Positions 1 to 10,436 of a stretch of 64,000 nucleotides of DNA are shown one piece after another. How positions within the stretch are numbered: the stretch's first letter is position 1; each line of letters opens with the position of its first letter. Made by a program: the position numbers and the translations under genes. The notes under the pieces were generated by a model. The model was given only the letters and a program-made list of their open reading frames with translations. It was not told the DNA's origin and ran no database searches. The DNA comes from Styela clava (Eukaryota): contig NC_135252.1 of the NCBI RefSeq assembly GCF_964204865.1, positions 2,790,001-2,854,000 on the forward strand. The letters run 5' to 3'.

Positions 1-2263
1 GGCCCGCCTCTTTTGTTTGGGGAAGCTTGGGAGACAAGGACACAGGTATTATAAATAGGATCTACTTCAGGTGACATCTCGGTCAAAATGTTGAAATATC
101 GGCTTATTACCATATTTTTGTAATATTAACAGGTGAGCAGTCTGAGAAGGCATTGCGTTCGGCCGAAGATAAAGAGAGACTATGGCCCGCCTCTTTTGTT
201 TGGGGAAGCTTGGGAGACAAGGACACAGGTATTATAAATAGGATCTACTTCAGGTGACATCTCGGTCAAAATGTTGAAATATCGGCTTATTACCATATTT
301 TTGTAATATTAACAGGTGAGCAGTCTGAGAAGGCATTGCGTTCGGCCGAAGATAAAGAGAGACTATGGCCCGCCTCTTTTGTTTGGGGAAGCTTGGGAGA
401 CAAGGACACAGGTATTATAAATAGGATCTACTTCAGGTGACATCTCGGTCAAAATGTTGAAATATCGGCTTATTACCATATTTTTGTAATATTAACAGGT
501 GAGCAGTCTGAGAAGGCATTGCGTTCGGCCGAAGATAAAGAGAGACTATGGCCCGCCTCTTTTGTTTGGGGAAGCTTGGGAGACAAGGACACAGGTATTA
601 TAAATAGGATCTACTTCAGGTGACATCTCGGTCAAAATGTTGAAATATCGGCTTATTACCATATTTTTGTAATATTAACAGGTGAGCAGTCTGAGAAGGC
701 ATTGCGTTCGGCCGAAGATAAAGAGAGACTATGGCCCGCCTCTTTTGTTTGGGGAAGCTTGGGAGACAAGGACACAGGTATTATAAATAGGATCTACTTC
801 AGGTGACATCTCGGTCAAAATGTTGAAATATCGGCTTATTACCATATTTTTGTAATATTAACAGATGAGCAGTCTGAGAAGGCATTGCGTTCGGCCGAAG
901 ATAAAGAGAGACTATGGCCCGCCTCTTTTGTTTGGGGAAGCTTGGGAGACAAGGACACAGGTATTATAAATAGGATCTACTTCAGGTGACATCTCGGTCA
1001 AAATGTTGAAATATCGGCCTATTACCATATTTTTGTAATATTAACAGGTGAGCAGTCTGAGAAGGCATTGCGTTCGGCCGAAGATAAAGAGAGACTATGG
1101 CCCGCCTCTTTTGTTTGGGGAAGCTTGGGAGACAAGGACACAGGTATTATAAATAGGATCTACTTCAGGTGACATCTCGGTCAAAATGTTGAAATATCGG
1201 CTTATTACCATATTTTTGTAATATTAACAGGTGAGCAGTCTGAGAAGGCATTGCGTTCGGCCGAAGATAAAGAGAGACTATGGCCCGCCTCTTTTGTTTG
1301 GGGAAGCTTGGGAGACAAGGACACAGGTATTATAAATAGGATCTACTTCAGGTGACATCTCGGTCAAAATGTTGAAATATCGGCTTTTTACGATATTTTT
1401 GTAATATTAACAGGTGAGCAGTCTGAGAAGGCATTGCGTTCGGCCGAAGATAAAGAGAAACTATGGCCCGCCTCTTTTGTTTGGGGAAGCTTGGGAGACA
1501 AGGACACAGGTATTATAAATAGGATCTACTTCAGGTGACATCTCGGTCAAAATGTTGAAATATCGGCTTATTACCATATTTTTGTAATATTGCTAGGTGA
1601 CCAGTCCGAGAAGGCATTGCGTTCGGCAGAAGATAAAGAGAGAATATGGCCCGCCTTTTTTGCTTGGGGAATGTTGGGAGACAAGGACACAGGTAATTAT
1701 AAACAGGATCTACTTCAGGTGACATCTCGGTCAAAATGTTGAAATATCGGCTTATTACGATATTTTTGTAATATTACTAGGTGACCAGTCCGAGAAGGCA
1801 TTGCGTTCGGCCGAAGATAAAGAGAGAATATGGCCCGCCTTTTTTGCTTGGGGAACGTTGGGAGACAAGGACACAGGTAATTATAAACAGGATCTACTTC
1901 AGGTGACATCTCGGTCAAAATGTTGAAATATCGGCTTATTACGATATTTTTGTAATATTGCTAGGTGACCAGTCCGAGAAGGCATTACGTTCGGCCGAAG
2001 ATAAAGAGAGAATATGGCCCGCCTTTTTTGCTTGGGGAATGTTGGGAGACAAGGGCACAGGTAATTATAAACAGGATCTACTTCAGGTGACATCTCGGTC
2101 AAAATGTTGAAATATCGGCTTTTTACGATATTTTTGTAATATTACTAGGTGACCAGTCCGAGAAGGCATTTCGTTCGGCCGAAGATAAAGAGAGAATATG
2201 GCCCGCCTTTTTTGCTTGGGGAATGTTGGGAAACAAGGACACAGGTAATTATAAATAGGATCT
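1..2263 (+). repeat. Tandem array of about 12.3 units: 183-bp type A units followed by 184-bp type B units; runs off the left edge
   Basis: The GGCCCGCC motif recurs at 1, 184, 367, 550, 733, 916, 1099, 1282, 1465, 1648, 1832, 2016 and 2200. Identity stops after GGATCT at about 2263. Confidence 0.98.
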
Positions 2264-2470
2264 TAATTTTATTGGTTGAATAATTAGATTGCATTACTTA
2301 TGTATTCAGCAAATTTATTCTGTTACTTCGATACGCTTTGCAATTTCTGAATAAATTTAAGACAACAGATGAGAATTATTTTGAATTTCAAGCTTTGTAA
2401 CAATTGTTGTAATTGTACAGGTGACAAATCTGAAGAAGCATCTCAATCATTTGATGACAACGATCACTAA
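1..2470 (+). CDS. 3' part of a putative repeat-protein gene: tandem 96-nt exons (133-228, 316-411 ... 1597-1692, 1781-1876, 1965-2060, 2149-2244) plus a diverged exon starting at 2421
   Basis: Each unit is T-rich tract + (C/T)AG | 96 nt stop-free in two phases | GTATTA or GTAATT. Phase-1 reading is GEQSEKALRSAEDKERLWPASFVWGSLGDKDT. The unique downstream exon (tacag|GTGACAAATCTGAAG) begins with homologous GDKSEEASQSFDDNDH* (TAA 2468-2470). A further acceptor lies at 2827 and AATAAA at 2931. Confidence 0.6.
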
Positions 2471-3148
2471 AGGGTACATATTGGACCTGGTAGATGCGTT
2501 GGAATCGTTGATCCTGTAGGACGTAGGTATATAAAATTATGATTTTCATGATATTGCACTGCATTCACTAAATCCAGGCCAAATCTAACTAAATTCATAC
2601 TGCCGCAAAAATCAATTAAAACATTTCAATAATTACTCAATTTACGTACAAGAATAGATAAAGTATATTTGTTTGCGAATTTCATTTGTTTCAATATTTA
2701 AACATGCATCAGCTTTCGTATCATTCCGACATTTAATATATATATATATAAATTAACTTATCATGCTTTGCTACCTCGATACTTCCTAATGTATAAAAAA
2801 ATATTTATTATTTTTTTTTGTTTCCAGGTTCGCTCTTCTTCCTGACAATACAGATGACGGCTCGATAATGACGGATTCAGACAACGAATTTTGATTTGAT
2901 TATTTTTTCTTGTTAAACCTTATTATTCAGAATAAAAGACCTTAATGCATTGACCTTTTATTTAAATTTCGTTCACGTATAAAAAGAAAGAGGGAATAAA
3001 ACTGATTAAAACACGCGAGAGATTTTTTTAATAATTGGATCAGTGGAGTCTCACCTTTTGACAGATATTTATATTTTTGCTTGTCCGATTACCCTAACTA
3101 ACACCAGACGGCGTCGCCATAGCTACCATTTATTTCTTTCCTTTAGTA

Positions 3149-3600
3149 CATAGTTGACAAACCTGCGGCCCGCGGGCCGCATGTGACCTGCCAATAAAAT
3201 TTCGTGCGGCCCGCGAAGCATTCAGGCGATTCAGTTTATTCGGTGTATATCGGAAGAACTCCGTGAATTTCTATGAAACTGTCGCAGCAAATAGGCAGGC
3301 CACTAGTAAAAAAGCACACTTTTTCCAAGGATAATGTTTTTTCTGTTATGTATTTTTTGTCGGATGATGATTTTGCAGTTGCGTAAAGTATACAATCGAC
3401 GACTAATCCGAGTCTATTTATAATGTCTTGCTTTATTAATTTAATTGTGTGTTCAATGTAACCTACTACCCCGACAAAATAAGAACATTACTACAAAATA
3501 TCACGGCCATAAAAGGTGTTTCAAACAACCCGATTACATTTAGTTTTGATTCGTATTTTTGCGATGTTACGAATTTGAATACAAATTTGATGTGTTCTTG
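3149..3600 (+). mobile_element. Degenerate left end of a hAT-type non-autonomous transposon
   Basis: ACAAACCTGCGGCCCGCGGGCCGCATG is a typical hAT/Charlie-type subterminal motif. The internal segment near 3530-3570 resembles 17765-17810 and 18037-18075. Confidence 0.55.
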
Positions 3601-5016
3601 CAACACCTATTCCACATTATCACAATGATACCACCCAAATGTTAATCAACGTTAGAAAAATCCCTAGATAAAAAAAAATATCACATAATACGATTTAGTA
3701 GTACAATATAAATTGATTGTACAGTGATACTTCGGAAGTCGACTAAAACATTCCAGTCAAAAATGTTGCGGTATTCGAATCTAGAACACCCGAGCCGAGC
3801 GGATCTCGGGGCCGAGTGAGATGACGCCCCCCGATCGATTCAGCTCGAGACTGCCAACGAAAATCTTGATATGCAGTTTAGAGTTTCCAAATCGTCAATT
3901 TGTTCCGCCTACTCAGTGGTGACTAACAAAATGCCCCACGATGGCCAGATATCTGATATTTTAGTCCCTTCCCCTGTGTGATACATGTATTTGCCAGGAT
4001 ACATCGAAAAGGACAAAGTTACACTGATGATGTTATGTTCGTTTGCAAGTCGTTAATCATTGATGAAAATGAGATGGTACTAATCACACTACCTGGCAAG
4101 TTGCATTATTCCATTTCGTGTTAAAATGTTCAGGATAAAGTCGGTCCGATGCGACCCTGAAAAGTTATTTTTCGGAGTATTGAATTTATGCACATACGTC
4201 CTCGAATTCTGAGTGATTGTAATTTCGAGATTCCAGCACGTTATACCATATAGTGAGCGCGTTAGATATATCTGAGAGAACGGCTATGATATGCCTATTG
4301 ACTATTGTTATTGATTGCTTTATGCACTTCATCGTGCAAACATAACATGTCAATTGTAACCGGCTAAGCCCACGGGTCTATAAGAATTAGACTACGTAGC
4401 CAGTTATTGAATTTGAGTATTAGCATTATAGTAGAAGGCAGCCAATGACTTGGAATAAGGGACAAAAGTTTTATTTTAGAAATATCCGGAAAACGTTGGA
4501 TTATATATCGTACCATATTCCATCTTTACCAGGAGTCGTATTCATTTTTGATGACATAGTCAACTTTAACTATTTCATAGAAAAGTTACCTTTGATTGGA
4601 ATAGAATTGAATGTGTTTTCCTTTCGAAGTTTAACTTGCACATAATAAATTCCTGGCAGTAGTTATCACAAACAACCATGTTGAATACCGACCTCAAAAA
4701 AATTGACTCGTATAAATTTCATCTGCGTCATTCCTGGCTACGCCCCTGCAAACTTTTGATAGACTACTTTGCTTGTTCAAAGAATTACAATATTCTATCT
4801 ATTTTTATTGGCTCTTAGGATTGTCTCTTTACAGTTTACATTTTACTCTGCACATCGCAAATTCGATTAAATTGTTGCAATTCCATGTTGTTTTCATTAC
4901 TAAGTATATTGCTCTTATTATCCTAACTTAGCTTTATCGCACTCCGCCGAGCACCAAGAAACTAGCGATTTGTTTTTGGTATAAACTTTGCTCCGCTGTT
5001 CGTTTATAATATAAAG

Positions 5017-6892
5017 CAGTGGTTCTCAATCTTTTTTAATCCCAGAGCCGCATTTCAAACCTCAAAGTTATGAAGAGCCGCGCACAAACAACGCAAGGTA
5101 AAATAGCAACAAACCTTAAGTGCGTATTTAAAATACCAAGACATCGTAACAACAGCACACGTAACAACTAGGGCTGGGCAGAATATTCAAACAATAAAAT
5201 ATTCGAATGGCATTTTACTATTCGAATATCCGGTACCACATGACCTGCGTCGTTCTGCTTGGACACCGAACTCACGCGTCTCCAACTCAATCGTGAATTG
5301 TGCGAGATTTCCCAATGGCGGTCGCTATCAGGAAAAAAACGACAAATTTGAAAAGCCGTTGTCTCTGGGTTATGGTGCTATATGCTATCTTTACACTTAA
5401 CGTGTCGTTTCAATTCCATATTTTGCAAAGAAAAACTTACCGTCCGTTCCGTAAATTTAAAAACGTCAAACCAGATTAGGTATTTAAAATAAATTAACCA
5501 GATTTTAAACTCCGCATGCTTGGTGACATGTCATTTGCCATTTCTTACATTACCGAACATAAAGTTGATTAAAAGTAAATGTTAAAATGACTTTTCGGCG
5601 TTTCATTGTGAAAAAGGCGATTTTAGGTCGTTAAAAAACTCTAGTTATTTATGCATGGATTTAAAAATGACCAAAAGTTTTTCCAAAAGCTGGTATGAGT
5701 TACTTGTATGAAAAACGCTCATTAAGTTGTGACCATATAAGAAATGTCATGTCCTACTCCATTTAAATCACTTTGTATCAGCTCTTTAGTGATCCCTCCC
5801 ATCCTTGGCCAAGTAAGGTTTCGAATATGTAAACATTTCACTAGACCATGCATGGCCGTTGAGCCAAGAGTAGAATGTAAAATCAATCGTGAATTTCGTT
5901 GTAACAATGCACACTGACTCATTCACAGAATTGTTGCGGTATTATCATCGAAAATAATTACAATTGTTAAATTTTGAAGCATTTGGGCAGTAATAATTAA
6001 GCCTTAAGGCATGACATAATCAAACACATCAAAGTGAAGTGCTGAATTTGCAAATTACGTAAAAAAAATTAAGCATTACTCAGTAAGTATTTTAGCTATA
6101 ATAACCATCGGGGCGTTGTTTTGTTGAAACAAAAACGTTAAAACTTGAAGAAATTAGTAGTAATTAGCGTCTGACCCTCTATTAGGGAGAAAGCCCTAGG
6201 AATGCCTTTATTGCCAAATTATTCAATCGCTATTTTAAATCAACATTCAGGATTCACGCAATCGTAAATTTGCCAGGTTTATCTATCTAATACTAAAATA
6301 ACACGAACACCATAGACAAGCACCAGAAACCTAATTATCATTTTAATAAATATCTGCATCTCGGTTACCGTTCACTTTAAACAGGTACGGTTAATTTACA
6401 TGCGGTGATAGGGAAGATCAAATCGAAGGCAGAGGATAAAACTCAGAATAAAATTAATTTGGTTTTGGAATCAGCCCTTAATGTATTCAACAGCTGTCGC
6501 TGATGTAAACGCAAGAGTATACTAAATACTAAAACAGTCATTGAGTTATTTGATTTATACATAACATTCGGGAATGCGACAAAAACTGAAAATCCACAAA
6601 AGGAAGCCAATGATTACAGCCATGTCTAAAATCTTTCCAAGTGAAAAGTGTCCGAGTAGCCGCGAAAACACTTACTGTTGCATCTTGTAGTTCAGTCAAC
6701 GCTACGCAAATAAACACGGGGAATCCCATTCGACTGACTGATAGACTTCCGCATTTTAATTTCAAGTCAATGATTAAATTTCAATGAAAAATTTTCTTTG
6801 AAAGTAATTAATTTTTAAAGCATTAACAAGAGCCGGAGCAAAGGTTGTTGAGAGCCGCATGCGGCTCTCAAACCCTAGTTTGAGAACCACTG
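5017..6892. mobile_element. Non-autonomous hAT (Charlie-like) DNA transposon, about 1.9 kb
   Basis: TIRs CAGTGGTTCTCAA / TTGAGAACCACTG; 8-bp TSD ATATAAAG / CTATAAAG; subterminal AGAGCCGC repeats at both ends; no transposase ORF. Confidence 0.9.
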
Positions 6893-8137
6893 CTATAAAG
6901 GATAGAATGTTGAGCGGCTGCGATCAAGAAGATAGATCAAGAATCATTGATTGGGTCGATGTATTTCGATTGAAACTTATTTCAATCAGTATTTTTCGGA
7001 GACCATGTTGAAAATTGGATTGAAGGAGAGAATTTTAATCTAATATATATAGGTAAAATGACGCAGTGGTTCCTCCCAATGAACTTGCTTTGCGGCATGG
7101 CATGTTGAGGCAATATCAGGCGTAGCAAAAGAATATTCCAATAGAGACTATTTGTTTATAGCTCCCAGAGATAGTTTCATCGTTGGTTGTGAAGTCTTCA
7201 GCAAAACTAAAATATTTTAGTTCTATGGCATCTCGTGAATTTGTCATGGAACTCATAAGTCTTGAATGAAGTTGAAATGATTTTTATTCAAAATATCAAC
7301 GAATCTAAGTTTACGAATTTCTATTCATTGCATTTCAACAGGTGATGGTGCATGCATTTGTGAATATCTTTTTGTAAGTCAGGGATTATTACCTATAATG
7401 ACAGAAGCCACCTCCTGCTATATACATAGCATACAAGACAGTGCTTACCGTATATGGAAATGACGTCCTGTGATCGGTAAAAGGAGAATGAATGGTCTTG
7501 TGCAGACTGGACCAAGCCGGTGAGATGAGCTCGCGTCAAGTAACTCTTTATTTGAAGAGACTGTTTGTGCCTTTATTTTAACCAAAACACTCTTCTATTT
7601 TCAAGTCGTGGTCGTGTGACAGCAGTGACGAACCGCAGAGCTGACTTAGCGCCGGCCGCGCGATCCAGTTTTTTTTTTTATTTGGGTGTGAGTTCCCAAC
7701 TTAGACGGACTTGGCTGTGGTTTTTTGACGGTAGCGCTAGGCCTGCTCACGCTACAAGTAATAATTTTTTCAATATAACAATGCATCATACAATGAGTGT
7801 TGAGAGAAGGTGATCGAAGTAAACAGCGAGGTATTGACCGAAGTAAACGTATTTCCTTGCCCACAAAAACATTAAACCACGGTGTCTGGTGTGTTTTCAA
7901 GTACTATCCGCCATGAAAAAAATATAACTATGAGCGACATTACGAAACCAAACACGATAAAATATACCGAAAATACCACGACATTTCTTGGGAAGCAATT
8001 TTGAAATACCGTAACTAAAGTCTTCATATAGTTTTCTTGGAAAACTCACTCATTCAAATGATGGACTCTCATTCTTAAATATATATATTCAAAGTGAGTG
8101 AACTCGCGATGTTTTGATCACTCCTGGGTTTTCACCG

Positions 8138-8205
8138 ACTGCGGCCCGCGAGACCTCCTCAAAAGTTTTTGCGGCCCTTCAACCCCGCAACTTTGGACCA
8201 ACCTG
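8138..8205. mobile_element. Right end of a hAT-type element
   Basis: GCGGCCCGCG...GCGGCCC...CTTTGGACCAACCTG. A similar end is at 16908-16972 (…CTTGGACCACCCTG). Confidence 0.5.
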
Positions 8206-10086
8206 TCCTAACATATATATCCTTAAATGTGTTTCCACGGAGGACAAACTGAAATATTTTATTATCAATTCCCTGAAAATCGTAAGCGGTAAGTCATCAG
8301 GAACCAGTATGTCGGTAAATCTTGCTAGCGGCAATTTGAGTTCTTTTGATTCCACACCACAAGCATGCCAAAGTGGTCTGAGTAAATCCCTTCAGGGGTG
8401 ATTATTTTTTTTAAATTAGAAATTGAACGAGTTAAAGAGTAATTTTGGTTCAAATCTTTTTGTTCAAAGTCCTCGCCACTAATGAGAGATTCAAGACCCC
8501 CTCCCCCCTCCACGTTTTAAAATAATGAAAAATTGAAAATTGGGATTTTCAGCGCAATCTTCATTCCTAACCCTAACGGGATAAACCCTACTTATTTTTA
8601 TTGTGCGCAGTGGCGGTTTTGCTTTGTTTTTGGCGGAGGCTTGGTACAAAAGATTTCAAATCACTAACTTTTCTCTAAAATATATATATATATTATCGAA
8701 GCTTTTCATACAATCTTGTTCAGAATAAAAACAATGTGGTTAGGACGTAAACACAACTGCGATCGAGATCGGTGTGTTGAGTTGTCAAACAAGTTTTTCG
8801 AGCGAGCGAATACGCATTCAATCGTGAATGTGTGCGTTGAAGGAATTCGAGAAGTCTTTTGACAAGTCATCGCAGTGAACTAAAAAGCATTATTTCAGAC
8901 AAAATAAATGGGTATACAACAGAATAGAAGAATATGTCCCTCCAGAATAGTGTAGAAAACTAAGAGTGTTGCCAAACTTCAGGATTCCGGTAGGCGTTAG
9001 AATTCTTACATGGGTAAACTACGGCACTCAGGCCGGCACGTTGGGTAATCCAATCTGGCCCGCCTGATACTGGCACAATCAAACTAAAACCAAGTTTTGA
9101 TGTTTTAGCTCAAAATACATCAAGGAATTTGTTGAGATTGCGATTTAAATTAGTTTGGGCGCGAGGCTTATTGTTTTCCACCTTTTCTTTTGTACCACTG
9201 TGAATATTGTTCATAAAATGTAACTTTTTACGTCAGACTTACATGGCCCGCCAGTCTAGGTGGGCGAAATCTTTAGCCCTTGATCCAAAAACATAGCCCC
9301 CTCCCTTTAAATCATATAATAAATTTCTGTACCCAACTTTACGCAACTTGAATATAAACTGCAATTGGCCGCCCGTATAAATATGCCGCTTAAATTCAAT
9401 CTTTTCCCAATATAACAATTCAAGCTTCTCTTTCAAGTCCTTTAATTTCTTGTTTTGGGTTCAGAAATTTGTAGTGTTTGACTCCCCGAGCGTTAAGTCA
9501 ATTATTTTGTTGATATTTACCTGGAAATGCACTTTCCTGAAAAAATGGATCTCATCGGAAATATTACAAAAGATTGATCAGATTAGTAATATTTTATTAG
9601 TTGACTGTCGAATACAAAAATTTGCATTTTCTATTACATTTACAAGTCACGCCATACTTTTATATACAAATGGTCATTTGCGCATATAAAATCTATTTTT
9701 ATAAATTTGCGATTTTGTTAATCTAATATTAGTAGTGGTAGCACAACTCGGAAGATTTATTGAAGTTGTGTTGTAAATCACTCAGGAACCGCATAACATT
9801 TGACCGGTAGTCTCGACTGTAGCGAATGTGAATTCAGTGAAAAGGTCATTTACCCTATATCCTGATTATGATTTATCGCAACAAGCGACAAGTCTTAGCA
9901 ATGTTTCTTTGTATCGACCAAACTTTTACGTGTTCCCGTTCGAGAGATGAAAATATATTATTAATGAGATGGTTAGTGTAGAATTGCAAAATTGACCGAT
10001 AGTAAGTAACGCGAAGATCGATTTCGATTTTGAAAAAAAATGTGGTCTGTTTTTTCCCCTACAGATTGCAATGACACCAAACCCTA

Positions 10087-10391
10087 TGTGATAACTTGGA
10101 AATGCAACTCAATGTATCTATTTGTTTATACAGCTGCAGTCAAGCGATGATTGCTGTGGCGTTTTGAATCAGACACCAATCATTGCTCTAGTTGTAGTGT
10201 GTTAATTCTTTTAACTTTATTCATTTAACTATTGAGCCGCTTACTGTTAGCATCTGCAATTCGATACGTATTTGTTTTCTTGTTTAATAACATTTGCTTG
10301 TGTTATATTATTTTAGATTCATTCTAAGAGTGCTTTAAATTTAAGTTGAATAAAGCCTTATATCAAGGTACTATATTTCTCATTCATTACA
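10087..10391 (+). repeat. 5' LTR (305 bp)
   Basis: TGTGATAAC...CATTACA; near-identical to 14061-14370; TATA-like TATATTAT near 10304 and AATAAA at 10349. Confidence 0.96.
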
Positions 10392-10392
10392 A

Positions 10393-10408
10393 TTTATTCA
10401 ACTTAAAT
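10393..10408 (+). promoter_or_regulatory. Primer-binding site complementary to the element's own LTR (putative self-priming PBS)
   Basis: TTTATTCAACTTAAAT is the exact reverse complement of ATTTAAGTTGAATAAA at 10339-10354. No TGG follows the LTR. Confidence 0.75.
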
Positions 10409-10436
10409 CATTTCACAAGAGTATTCTGGTACAAGC

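Noticed and set aside
1531-2102. Three 67-aa minus-strand ORFs (MTEMSPEV...)
   Set aside because: By-products of the 184-bp units; absent from the 183-bp units, and the splice signals point to the + strand.
1-2263. CRISPR array or rDNA/5S/SL-RNA repeat
   Set aside because: Whole units are repeated with no unique spacers, the context is eukaryotic, and no RNA-gene motifs are recognisable.
9850-9930. First exon of the desulfhydrase pseudogene (YPDYDLSQQATSLSNV...)
   Set aside because: The position is plausible, but similarity is weak and there is no clear start or donor.
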